From Heterodontus francisci (taxonomy: Eukaryota): a DNA stretch of 64,000 nucleotides. Shown in pieces: positions 1-12,619 of this stretch (within the stretch, counting starts at the first letter, position 1; every line of letters starts with the position of its first letter). The notes beneath the pieces are model-generated. The model saw only the letters and a list, made by a program, of their open reading frames with translations, did no database searches and had not been told where the DNA came from. Made by a program: the position numbers and the translations under genes. The DNA lies in the NCBI RefSeq assembly GCF_036365525.1, contig NC_090394.1:37359243-37423242 (forward strand). The letters are read 5' to 3'.

Positions 1-1089
1 CAAACTATAGAAAGCAAATAAGGATCCAATAACCAAAATCACCAATGCGGTCCTGATTTCACCCCAAAGGGCACTCCTGTAGTGAATGCATAGAGTCCAT
101 ATAGAGACATACAGTGCTTATTCTCAGATGCCTACTCCAAGTTGAGCGTCTAGCTGAAGTTTTTACTCAAGCACGCTTGTCTACAATACCCCAACACATC
201 TTAACTCCAATCTCAAACTCAGAAGGACATTCCCTACATCACCAGTAAGACATTTCAATTGTCCAACTTTTTGCATGCCTTACCTCACTGACTCTACAAG
301 TATGAATCTGGCCTCTGCTTATATCCTCCCTAGGATGAATGCAACTCCCCACAGAATCAAACCCATACCCTATCATTCCATGACATACCACATGTAATTT
401 CTGTTGTAGTACTGGGCTACCCTGTGACCAAACAAAATGGTTGCATCTAATACAGCCAAAGAAACTGAGTTAGTCCATACTGGCACATAAACCAACCAGG
501 AGGTGACCCTGTACTCAGATTAGTTCTGTAAATGGAATCCTCAACTGGACACTGTAATTTTAGATTTATTGCAATAACAAAGACAGATTGAGTCTCTCCA
601 GATCTAGCTAACCTCAAGTATAATGTAATCTTTTGAAAAATTATTAGGGTCAAAGTTCAAAATTTCATTGACTAGAGTATTTTGCTTTAAGAGATAATTG
701 GGTTTCAGTGGAGAAGATTTCTCAGTGTTGGCATTAGCTGCAACCTTTCCTTTCTTATGATAAAATATAATTTCACATGGACTTATTATTATTCAACCTC
801 AAAGTCAATTTGAAAGTCAGTTGAAACAAGAAATTAAAAAAAAAAACTTAGGGACAGAAGTTGCAGCAGCTGTAAAAGGAATGAAGCCCAAAACTTGCTT
901 AACTCATCATGAGCCCCATAAGATTGAGTATCTGGCATTATTTCCTCACATTCAATATTAAAATTCATTGCGTTTATAATTATCACACCTTGGTTGTTAA
1001 CTCTTAGTACGAACATGAATATAACATGTGCACTTCCCATCGCATCTCCAAGGTATGTTGTAGTTAACAGGAGAGAAAAGGAACAAAAA

Positions 1090-1222
1090 ACCAAACAGGA
1101 GGAGGCCATTCAGACCGAGCCTACTCCTCCATTCCATTAGATCACAACTGATCTGTACCTCAACCACATTTCCCCCACTTAGCTCCAGATCCATTGACAC
1201 CCTTAACTAACAAAATATTTAT
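1090..1222 (-). mobile_element. CR1/HER1-type LINE 3' tail fragment
   Basis: Sequence 'aaacaggaggaggccattcag...tagatcacaactgatc' matches the reverse-strand CR1 tails at 10880, 43625 and 53582. Confidence 0.6.
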
Positions 1223-2194
1223 ATAAAACACATTAACAAATAATGAATATGCTAAAATATTAAGTCTGTAATCCCACCTCAGGTTTTAGAGAATTGCTAG
1301 AAACACACAGGATTTAGGATTTCATCAAAATCCCATACTTGACTAAATCAGATTTTTGCCCTTTTGATGGGGTGGCAGGGGACGGAGAAGAAACTTACCT
1401 CTCACCATGAGACACATATTAAAGCAGTTTGTTTAATTGCAGATTGTTTTGGGATAAATAGAGCTGATAGATATTTGCATTTTACCTGAAATATGACAAC
1501 TTTTGAGCAACATCTCTTTTTCTCCAAGATCCCATTTTAGAAACGAGAAAACAAACCAAATACAATAGAAAATCAGAAGGAGGTGGGGACATCAATATAC
1601 AGTGCTAGATTACACAAACATGCAACAAATGGGCAATTATATATGTCAACTCTAATTCTTTTACATGTTATCACTATTATTCCTTTAATTCTCAAATCAT
1701 TTAATCGTGGCATATACTTGCTGTTGAAAAATCTTCAACGACCTTGGAAGGTGACGCAGAAATTGCTCTTGGCAAGTTCAATTCAAGTTACAATAATGAA
1801 GAGTCAATGAACTCACATAAAACTCATTTACCTGTAGCCATCAATAACATTTGTATTTATGAGCTTTAAATAGCCATCGCCTGACATACGTTTGTGCAGG
1901 ATTTTTCATACTTTGATGATACCCCTGAAAATAATTGGCACGGCAGAAAGATAAACCACACAATAGCATCCTGCTGAGTAACTCTTAGATTAATAAATTT
2001 CCTTTATAGCTTTCAAGATACAGACTGACAATTTTTCCTTTCCCCTTCTCTCTTGTTCATTTCCTCTGCTCTGTGCCATATCTTTCAGGTTATAGATTAG
2101 AGGGAGAAATGGAGAAAGAACAGAAGCAAAGAAAAAGTTACTCATGAGGTTTCTTAATGATTTTAACACCATTAAGGCTCTGAACTCAAAGGAT

Positions 2195-2330
2195 CACACC
2201 ATGATACAGCACAGCAGGTGGCCATTTGACCCATCATATCTGTGCTGAGTCTATGGCAAAGTGATCCAATTTGTCCCACTATCCTGCTCTTACCCCTTCA
2301 AATATTTATCTAATTCTCTTTTGAAAGTTG
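2195..2330 (-). mobile_element. CR1/HER1-type LINE 3' tail fragment
   Basis: 'tacagcacagcaggtggccatttgacccatc...ttttgaaagtt' resembles the CR1 3' end at 36925. Confidence 0.55.
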
Positions 2331-2555
2331 CACTATGTTAACAGAAGACACAGATGGTGAAAAACAAGCTCAGCCAACAAGACAGACTGGCTGGATGGTG
2401 ATAGAGTTGCACTGCAACTTCGCATAGATAAGTTGCGGAACCATTAATTGCCCAAGTTCAAAGTATCCATAAGGTCTAAGACTGGGACAACACTATTTGT
2501 TGAAGGTTCCGATTTCCCAGCGGGTAGACTTGTTTTGCTGTTGCTGTAGCTCAGA

Positions 2556-3672
2556 GGCAGAGTCCTAGGCCCAACCATCTTCAGCTGCTTCATCAATGAC
2601 CTTCCTTCAATCATAAGGTCAGAAGTAGGGATGTTTGCTGATGATTGCACAATATTCAGCACCATTCACGACTCCTCAGATACTGAAGCAGAAATGCAGC
2701 AAGACCTGGACAATATTCTGGGTTAAAATCCTGGAACTCCCTTTCTAACAGCACTGTGGGTGTACCTACCCCTCATGGACTGCAGCGGTACAAGAAGGCA
2801 GCTCACCACCACCTTCTCAAGGGCAATTAGGGATGGGCAATAAATGCTAGCATAGCCAGTGATGCCCACATCCCATGAATGAATAAAAAAAAAATTTTTT
2901 AATCCAGGCTTGGGCTGATAAGTGGCAAGTAACATTCGCGTCACGCAAGTGCCAGGCAATGACCATCTCCAACAAGAGAGAATCTAACCATCTCCCCTTG
3001 ACATTCAACAGCATTACCATCGCTGAATCCCCCCACTATCAACATCCTAGGGGCTACCATTGACCAGAAACTGAACTGGAGTAGTCATATAAATAACATG
3101 GCTACAAGAGCAGGTCAGAGGCTAGGAATCCTGCAGCGAGTAACTCACCTCCTGACTCCCCAAAGCCTATCCACCATCTACAAGGCACAAGTCAGGAGTG
3201 TGATGGAATACTCTCCACTTGCCTGGTTGGGTGCAGCTCCAACAACACCCAAGAAGCTCGACACCACACAGGACAAAGCAGCCCGCTTGACTGACACCCC
3301 ATTCATCACTGACGCAAAGTAACAGCAGTGTGTACCATCTACAAGTTGCACTGCAGCAACACACCAAGGCTCCTTAAACAGTACCTTCCATACCCGCGAC
3401 CGCTACCAACTAGAAGGACAAGGGCAGCAAAGACATGGGAACACCTGCAAGTTCCCCTCCAAGTCACACACCATCCTGACTTGGAACTATATCACTGGGT
3501 CAAAATCCTGGAACTCCCTTCCCAACAGCACTGTGGGTGTACCTACCACCAATGGACTGCAGCGGTTCAAGGCAGCAGCTTACCACCACCTTCTCAAGGG
3601 CAATTCGGGATGGGCAATAAATGCTGCCCTAGCCAGCGACGTCCACATCCCATGAATGAATAAACAAAAAAT
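2556..3672 (+). mobile_element. 5'-truncated CR1-group LINE (same family as 60356-63766): RT C-terminal half plus 3' tail
   Basis: Closely matches 62577-63760. Encodes VLGPTIFSCFINDL..MFADD and IYKAQVRSVMEYSPLAW. Ends in cacatcccatgaatgaataaa plus an A-rich tail. Confidence 0.9.
2718..2901 (+). mobile_element. 3'-tail fragment of the same LINE family nested inside the RT of the host copy
   Basis: Interrupts the host sequence cctggacaatat|ccaggcttggg, which is uninterrupted at 62731-62753. Carries the family tail and an A-run. Confidence 0.85.
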
Positions 3673-5249
3673 TAAAAAAGCAACTCTCAGGATGGTCCAA
3701 AATTGCAGCCATTCCAGTTTACTACTCAGTTGCTAGGAAAGTCCATTTCAGTGGAATGGTCCATTCAGCTAAGCAAGTGAAGACGAACCAAGTCAGGGTG
3801 AAATTAAACAATGATAAGCCCATAGCTTTTTCAAAAGTAGAACAGGGGGCTACTTTGAACGTAAAGTACTTCCCCAGATTTTCTTTTCAATTGGTTCCTA
3901 GTAACAATGAGACAACATAGCTGCTCTGTCCATCATCAGAGCAAAACAATGCATTTGTATGAAGCCAACGAAAAGCGAATTTAAAAGCATAATATATGCC
4001 ACAAGACTTTCTTTGCAAAGAATGCACATCCTCAATACACACAACCTTCGCTGTCACAGTAGAATGATTGAAGAGTCTCAAAGATTCAATGATGCAACAC
4101 AAATCTTTCAACTCTTCAAATACACCACTGCTTCATGTTTCTCAAATTCAACCAACAGCAATCACTTCCTTTTCTTCTGGAATTTCAAATACACCAGCCT
4201 AAATGCTCTTCTTTCTACCTGCATAATCTGTGTTGAAATCAAGCTCAGTGTAGCTCTCTAACACATCCTGCCCTAGGACCCCAAAACTGTGAAACACCTT
4301 GCCTCCCTCTATCTTCTCACCCGCTGGCAACCTACAGGCTTTTAGAACTAAAGCTTACTGTAGCCTAATCACTGTTCATTTACATCATCTTCTCTACTAC
4401 TTTTTTCAGCCTTGATGGTATTCTGCATTAGGGGTCTTGGTCCTTCAACTAGGTTTTCTCAATAAAATAGCAAATCAGTGTATTTTGTAAAAGATTACAT
4501 CAGGGAACAGTACAGTTTAAAACCAAATTCTCCAAAAGGGATTCAGAAAACGCCATCGATTGGAAACATAATTTTACATCATCTCAGTGTGCCTTCAATG
4601 AGATAAATGTTGGCTGAAACACAAGTTCTCAAAAAAAATTAGCTCTGTTTGTACAATAACTAATATCTATTGCAAAATTATTCCAATACAAATCAAACAA
4701 GTTCTAACTGTTCATTCTCATGGACTAGCAATCAAAATGTTTCTGTTTGTTCAAGAGAAGAGAATCAGAAAAATCTGTTCTAAGTTGGAGACATAACAGA
4801 AGCATACACCCTCAGGTTAAAGAAACCCAAATCTTATAAAATGTTGCATTATTTTCTCCTGTATTAATAACTTATTCTATTCTCTCCATCACAATTTTAG
4901 TCCAGAGGATATCTGGAGAAGGCAAAACCAAATAGAGAAGTGCGCATTCTCTATGTAATAAAACGTATGTATGGTTTTATGGTCTGAAATGGTTTTAGGA
5001 ACAGTAGTAGTCAATCGGGTTGGACTTGGCTCAACAGGTATTAATAACTTTGTATGGGAGATGTCTGTCATAAATATGGCTTCAAGGTTGTTTAGCCGAA
5101 GAGATTATTAGAATGCTTACCAACAGAATTTTTTTCTATTTTTTAAACAAATGATTAAAATTGTAAAATGATAACGACTACAGAGCTGCAATGGTGAATG
5201 GAGTAACCCAATTCTTTAAGTTCCAATTCTAAAATGATAGTAGTCCCAG

Positions 5250-6519
5250 TGTTACGACTGAGGTGGGAAGAGTGCAATGTTAGTTCAGTCCCACTTCTCC
5301 AGAGGTCACAGCATATCAATAGATTGTCCCACCTACCAAAAAACATATTCTATTTGTCCCCCAGAATAAAGCACACCAACCAGGTTTCTTTAATCAGCAT
5401 TAACTGTTTATTATAAAAACAAGTCTTAATCAATAATGAGATAACTCTATATATGAAAAGCTTCTTATTTCCCGATCCCTCATGCACCTACACAAAAAAA
5501 GTTAACCGGGGAAAAAGGATTTATGTTTACAGCTGTTTTATAGGAATAAAAGGAATAATAAAATAACTTAGTTTGTCACGTTCTGTCAGGAATTTCTTCG
5601 GTTTGGTGAGGTGTCCCAGAGTTGAATTAGATTAGATTAGATTAGAGATACAGCACTGAAACAGGCCCTTCGGCCCACCGAGTCTGTGCCGAACATCAAC
5701 CACCTATTTATACTAATCCTACACTAATCCCATATTCCTACCAAACATCCCCACCTGTCCCTATATTTCCCTACCACCTACCTATACTAGTGACAATTTA
5801 TAATGGCCAATTTACCTATCAACCTGCAAGTCTTTTGGCTTGTGGGAGGAAACCGGAGCACCCGGAGAAAACCCACGCAGACACAGGGAGAACAATTGTC
5901 AGATGCCACTCAGTCTCTCCAGGCGAGGTTGATGAACAGTCTGTGATGGTTAGGCATTCAAGGTAACTCAATTGCAGCAGACTTCACATAGGTCTTTCAT
6001 CAGGGGTGCAGATCTTGGGTTTTGCAGCAGCAGGATAGCAGTAAAAGATTTCTTCAGATTTCAGGATTTCTTAAAACACAGGAGGCAACAGGAACCACTT
6101 GATGCAGGGATTCTTCAGACAAGTGGCGATAGGAATCTGCCACCTTTGAAATACAAGGTTTCTTCTCAAGAGATGCAGGATTCCTTTACAGAGAGAGGTA
6201 ACACTTTCTCTGAGTCTTCCTCTCTCGTCTCCAGGAAGGTCAAAACCAAATTTCAAATGCCTGCTCTTTGTCCGACTCACTGGCTTTTTAAAGGGTCCAA
6301 AGTGAAAGCAAAACCTTCCTGAACAGGTTACAAGTCCAGACATAGAGTCGCCCTTATCATTCAAAGAGTTGCTCCAAGGTGGTCAAATCCCTTGCTGGTT
6401 TCCTTGAAATTGCCTGCTTTCCTGTTCTTGTGTACAAGTTCAGCTTTCTTTCAATATTTTTCAGTTTAAGACACACAGAATTCTAAGTTTTTAATACAAA
6501 AATAAAAAGCCTTTCAACA
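5250..6519. mobile_element. Probable solo LTR (Gypsy or class I ERV type), interrupted by a SINE
   Basis: Starts TGTTACGA like the solo LTR at 52201 and ends ...TTCAACA. Flanks ccag/ccaa form an imperfect 4-bp TSD. Confidence 0.5.
5626..5893 (-). mobile_element. HE1-like (V-domain) tRNA SINE, 5'-truncated
   Basis: Reverse complement of the body and tail of the SINE at 23485. Tail repeat is (ATCTA)n. Confidence 0.9.
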
Positions 6520-6611
6520 CCAAGCAAAGTTGGAGATTGGATCAATAAATATCATCTGGTTTGAAAGCAACTAGCTCCTTTAATTTGCAAATACATATAT
6601 TGTTATAAAGA

Positions 6612-6915
6612 TTAGGTTCTGGGTTCAAGCACTATTCTAGGATTTGAACACATAATCTTGGTCTAAACATCTGAACTGGGAAAGTACTGTGTATGAATGG
6701 GATCAATCTGCCCGTTCAGGTGGACATGATATCCGACAACATTATTCAAAGAGTAGGGAATGCCATCAATGTCCTGGCCAACATTCCTCCGTCAAACACA
6801 ATTACCAACCACCAGTTACTTGTTTCATTGACATTTGTAGAATATTGTGTGCAAAATATATACAAAACACTGAGGCACCTCCAATGTGAAAGGCAGTATA
6901 TAAAATGGAAGACAA
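6612..6915 (+). mobile_element. Degraded DeuSINE (SacSINE1/AmnSINE1-like)
   Basis: Motifs gggttcaag, tcaggtggacat, tgtcctggccaacatt and tgaaaggc..tatataaa are colinear with the copy at 9025. Confidence 0.65.
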
Positions 6916-8935
6916 ACAACTTTTTATGTTTGTAAACATCAGAAACACACTTGGTCTCTCTTCTGTGACTATTATTCAGATGGCGTAAGACGCAACCTTG
7001 AACTTTTAAATTACTAGTGGATCTCCCATGGCATTCCCCACAGTAAGTCTGAAGAAAGCGAGTTTTCCCTCAGAGTATTAGTTATGATGTACATATAATT
7101 TTGGGGATCTGTAGATTCTGGAGCTTATGAAACTTATCTTGTTCGTTAAGTGAGCAGCTGTAGGCGTGACAGTATGTCCCAAATAAGATGTGTGTAACAT
7201 ACATAGCAAAATGTTATTATTTAATAGCTATTTTAGGAGATTTTGATAGTACATCAGTTTCTTAATAGAACTACCTTGACACAAAAAATAAATGCAGTTT
7301 AAAGACCATGATTTATAGTTGCTGTGAAACCAGTAATTGAAGATATCACCAACACTGAACCAGAAAGACTTTGTAATAATTTAATATGGAATTTAAAAAA
7401 TTACCTCCTGCCTGACCACAAAGCGCTTAAACCACTTTTCATTATATTGCAGTGTTGGTAATACCTGTGCTCATTTGTTTTTCAACATGCAATTACTTGC
7501 TAGTCTGTTAAAAGCAAGATTCTAATTTTACATACAGTATGATGCAAGCTACATCAATATGCACTTACAATCTGGAGAATAGGACTTAGCATACAAGGAG
7601 GAGTGGGACAGAGTATAAAGATCCCTGCTCTGAAAACTGCTGTTACCGAATAAAGGGATGGAATAAAATATTGTACCACCGGTTACTTAAACATTATTTC
7701 AGTGCACTATATAAGTATCAAGATATCAAGGCGCAGCACACCTCACTGTGAACTATTGTTGCCCTTGACTAGTTCAATAAAAATGACACATTCAGAATGA
7801 ATTTTCACTATATCCTGAGAATGTCATTATGAAAAAGAATCTATTGTATTCCTATCTTATATCTAATTGTATAAATCTATAAATAAACAGTAAAAGATAT
7901 CCCTTATATGAAAACTCATGCACATATCTGGAAATTAAACTGATCAAGAAAGTGCAACACAAACAAGCTGACAGTTACAGAACAAATTCAGATAAAAGTA
8001 AACCAAGGTAAGAATGCTGGACAAAAATACACATCAGAAAATTTAGCAAGACAGATTATACTGATATACAGATCGCAAGAGAATGGAACTATAGTAGTTA
8101 AATTAATATTTATTTTCTTGCAAAGAGCAAGTAGATTACACACTGAAACTGTTAATTATTCCTAGTTTAAAGAATTACCATAGTTTATAAACAGATGGTG
8201 ACAGAGTCAAAGTTACAAGCTCTGCAAACCAGTAATGGACTGAATATTACATTACAGGAGGTTGCTGGTCTGCTTGCCAGAGAGCAAGCAACTAACACAC
8301 ATTTCATCAAAACAAACCCTGCAGAATACGTGACAGTACATAGACAGAAATAGCATCAGCTTATCAACACAGACAAATGGGTCTGTTATCAGACTCAGGC
8401 CACCTCACACCAAGCATTAATCACAATTACCAAACTCATTCTATCCTGGCTAGCAGGTGGCAATACCCAATTTCCAGCTACTTCAGATCAAGAAAACAGC
8501 ATATTATCCCCAGCTGAGGTACCTGCCTACACTTATTTCTTGCATGCCTTTTTAAAACAATAAGTTTTTTCCTTAGCATGGCATCAACACCAACCTATAA
8601 TCTTGCCCTTAGGTAACTTTTTTTTCTCCCCAATGACGAATACTACAGCTGGTCACATCGTTCAATTTGTTTCAGAAAAATACAAAGTTATTTCAGATTT
8701 GGGACATGGATTTCATATTTGCAAAAAGCCTTTTTTCTGCTGTCAAGTATGAAAAATACACAAACATACAATTACAAAAAGCTGCAATATTCCGGATTTC
8801 AGATCAATTGTGGTACTGTACTTACAGTGTGAGACAGTGCATATGCAGACATCATTGATCAAAGATTTTAAGGTGCACTTATTACGGTGGTATTATTTTC
8901 TCAGGTGCACTTATTAAGTTTGTTCTATCTGGAGT

Positions 8936-8969
8936 TGGTGGGGGGTGGGGGGGGGGGGGGGGGGGGAGG
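8936..8969 (+). repeat. Poly-G tract
   Basis: Run of about 20 G with flanking G-rich sequence. Confidence 0.9.
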
Positions 8970-9024
8970 TGATACTGGAAATCCAAATGATTGCCCCAAT
9001 CATGAAAGTGACAAGCACTCACAA

Positions 9025-9420
9025 CTCAGATCTCACTCCACAGGCTTGAGCACAAGATCCAGGTTGGCACTCCGTTGCAGTTCTGAGGGAGTGCTGCACA
9101 GACTTTCAGATAAATTGTTACATCGAAGCCCGTCTGGCCTCTCAGGTGAATGCAAAACATCCTGACACATTTTTGAAGAAGAGCTGGGGAGTCCTCCCCC
9201 AATGTCCCGGCCAATATTTATCCCTCAACCAACATCATGAAAACAGAACATCTGGTCATGATTTCATTGCTGTTTGTGGGAGCTTGCCGTGCGCAAATTG
9301 ATTGCCATATTTCCTATATCACAACCGTCACTGGACTTCAGAAGCACTTAATTGGCTGTAAAGAACTTTGGGGTGTCCTGAGGCTATGAAAGGCACCATT
9401 TGTAAATGCAAGTTCTTTTA
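9025..9420 (+). mobile_element. DeuSINE (SacSINE1/AmnSINE1-like)
   Basis: Recognisable Deu domain: gaagaagagctgggga..tgtcccggccaatatttatccctcaaccaacatc..ttgctgtttgtgggagcttgccgtgcgcaaattg. Ends in an L2-like tail. Confidence 0.85.
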
Positions 9421-9461
9421 TATGAAGCAGTTCATATGAAGTACACCATCAATAAAAACAC

Positions 9462-9693
9462 TGGGTTTTCGCCCGGTGCTCCGGTTTCCTCCCACAGCCA
9501 AAGACTTGCAGGTTGATACGTAAATTGGCCATTGTAAATTGCCCCTAGTGTAGGCAGGTGGGAGGAGAATGGTGGGGATGTGGTAGGGAATATGGAATAA
9601 ATGTAGGATTAGTAAATGGGCGTTTGTTGGTCGGCACAGACGCGGTGGGCCGAAGGGCCTGTTTCAGTGCTGTATCTCTCTATGAGTATGACT
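9462..9693 (+). mobile_element. HE1-like SINE, 5'-truncated
   Basis: V-domain gtgctccggtttcctcccac and the HER1-derived tail gggccgaagggcctgtttcagtgctgtatctct. Confidence 0.9.
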
Positions 9694-10879
9694 GTTTAAC
9701 AGTCCCAATGTCAATTTACTAAATACTGGCTAGTCCTCAATTTGAAAGCAGACTTGAGCTGTGTACTTGTGTCCACTAGGAACGAAACTGAGACAAGAGA
9801 AATCAGTTCTGCCACATTTGCATATCAAGTGTTACAATATTACATTTTCTTCTTTGTCCCCCCCCTGCAGACATGTTAAAATACAATGTTCCTTTATCAT
9901 TAAGTTACCTCTTTGCCCCAGTGCTGTGTGCTAATCGCTACACAACAGCAGGCACTTGACATCTTGTCAGGAATAGGCAACAATTCATTTCAGAAATCGA
10001 AGATTTAAAAAATAACTACGGCAAGCATGAATCCCTTTATTTATGTTGCTCGATTTCACAAGGCATAAACACAGGGAGAAGGGTTCTGGAAAGTGCAGGT
10101 GCTGCAGGGAATCTACAATACCTCTAAGCACATGTTCACTGAACAGAGATGTCGCAGTGACAGTCTGGATGTTTATAAGCATGGTCCTACTGCAAACACA
10201 GCACAAAGATTTCAACTAATGAAGGTAAAAAAAACTCAAAAGTTTATAGTTTTCAAATGAGCAAGTATGTTACTGACACTATAACACTGCATGCCACACT
10301 GAAGTGCAGCACCCATCAAAAAACACAAAGACACAACTAGGTCTTGACTCAAACCCACTCCTTTAAAAGTTTGGAGTTCATGTGACGGGTGTATAAATCC
10401 ATGCCCAACCACATTAAGTGAAGCAAAAAACGAAACATGCACATGACTGATTTTTTTCACTGGCAAAGAAATGTCATGTAATATTAAAGTAGGACAGCAT
10501 GTACAACACAAAGCAGAATGGATTATAAGCTAAAAAGGACTGTCATTTCAGAAGTAAAGAAACAAAAATAATTAATGAGGCTGGTGTGCTATTTAAAAGT
10601 CCAGATCTATAACCATTTGGTGACGCACAAAAAATGTTAATTTCATATTTAATAACTGCAAGATCAAGTCCTGGTATGCACCAACACTCCAATGATGCAG
10701 TTACTGTTACACTAGCACCGAGACCAGTAATACACAGTACAAACCACAGCCAGCAACACCAATGTCAGCCTGGGGTCTGTGAATTGCATTTACCATTACA
10801 GGCGGTCAGCAGGACCACCTGAGCATTTTTTTTTGCAGAGCCAGACACGTACCACAGTGAAGATATACTCCATGCAATG

Positions 10880-11535
10880 TAAAGGAACATAGAAACAGGA
10901 ATAGTCCATTCAGCCTCTCGAGCCTGTTACTCAATTCAATAAGATCATGGCTGAAATAGATCCCAACACCATCCACCTGCCTTAGCTCCATAACCCTCAA
11001 TACCTTTGGCTAGCAAAACTTTATCAATCTCAGATTTAAAATTATTAATTGAGATAGCGTTTGCTGTTTTTTTGTGGGACAGAGTTCTACACATCTACCG
11101 CCTTTTGCATGAAGTGTTTTCTAACTTCTCTCCTGAATGGACTGGCTCTGATTTAAGGGCATGTCCCCTTGTACTAGCCAGCAACACCAGCAGAAACTGT
11201 TTCTCTCGATCAATACCATCAAATCCTTTCAAAATCCTAAAAACCGCACAAATCATCCCTTAACTGTCATTATTCCAGGAAGTACAAGTGTAGGTTATGT
11301 AATCTCTCATAATTTAACTCTTGGAGCCTTGGTAACATTCTGGGAAATGTATGCTCCACTCCTGCCAAGGCAAATATATTCTCTCTGAGGTGAGGTGTCT
11401 AGAATTGTACACACTATTCAATGTGGTCACAACAACACAAGAAATAGGAGGAGTAGACCATATGGCCCATCGAGCCTGCTCCACCATTCAATACAATCAT
11501 GGCTGATCTTAGGCTTCAATTCCACTTTCCCGACC
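10880..11535 (-). mobile_element. Two CR1-type LINE 3' fragments (about 10880-11430 and 11432-11535)
   Basis: Two tail motifs (aacatagaaacagga..ccattcagcc and caagaaatagga..ggcccatcgagcctgctcc), plus a degraded relic of the EYCVQFW region near 11400. Confidence 0.7.
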
Positions 11536-12619
11536 AAACGCGAGTTATTTTGTTACAACTGCTTAACAGTGTTGCTCAAGTGTCCCAAGTTGCCAATAAA
11601 TGAATCACTCTGCATTTACTATTACCTCTACATTTTCTCCCCAGGTCAAGAGGCCAGGATAAGGCAATGTGGTCTTTTAATAATTGTGGTAAGTCAGAGG
11701 CAGAGAATTTTTGCAAGGTCTTTTCAAATAGAATATGAATAAGGATTGTATTATCATAAAGTAAAAAGTTTTACTAAAACTACTGATTATGTTAACTCCT
11801 TGTACAACTTGAAGATAAATTTTAAGCTTTTGATTTCAACTTTCTTTAAATTTATGGTCTCTGTGGGCTCATTTTATTTCACTTTTCTCACTCATCCTGC
11901 ATTTGATTTGCGCTTAGTCACAGACTTCTGCTCTTCTCCCTTTGCTTGACCTCTCAGTCTTCAAGTCCTTGCCATCACAAGCACTGCAGCAGTACAAGCC
12001 CTGGCATTTTGGGCTGTTCCTGGACTTGACTTTTTACTGATCCCCTTCTGAATTGTCTTACCCCACTTGGGTCAGGCCTCCCCTCACTTGGACGCCCCAT
12101 TGACTGCTTTCCCCATGCCCCTCAACCACCTTTTTCATGTTCACCATTTTCAAGCATCAAACTCAAAAACTAGCAATTGGTTTTCAAATGGATTATCACA
12201 CAATGTGGTATGCATATTGCTATAAACCATGGTTGTCCAGCATATGACCCACAGGCCAGAATCCAGCCCACCAGTCCTGTGACTGACAGCAGGCTGTCTG
12301 TGGCTTGGCTTGGATTAATGGCTCTCTCACTTAAGTGGACATCAGACGGAAGGGGTAGGCGTCTGTCTGTGATTGGTCACTTTTTGTGACTAACAGCGGC
12401 TGCACGAGCTGGGTGAGCGCTGTTTGGCGGTTCTTGGCAGGCAGTTCAGGCTGCTGCAATGGAGAGGGAGTGAGAAGCCGAAGGGAAAACAGGAAACGAG
12501 CCAGCACAAAGCCAGAGGCGCAGGCAAAGCGTACCAGCGCTGAGGGAGCACACACAGACAGAGACAGAAAGAGAGAGATAAAACAGCCCTTTAAAACAGC
12601 AACAGCCAAGCTGGGGGAG

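Noticed and set aside
1832-1924. 93-bp minus-strand segment with plausible AG/GT splice signals
   Set aside because: It has stop codons in all three frames and no recognisable protein.
447-12200. Numerous 60-115 aa ORFs in AT-rich DNA, here and elsewhere in the window
   Set aside because: Many have non-ATG starts and none has a recognisable domain other than TE relics. They are chance ORFs or antisense to repeats.
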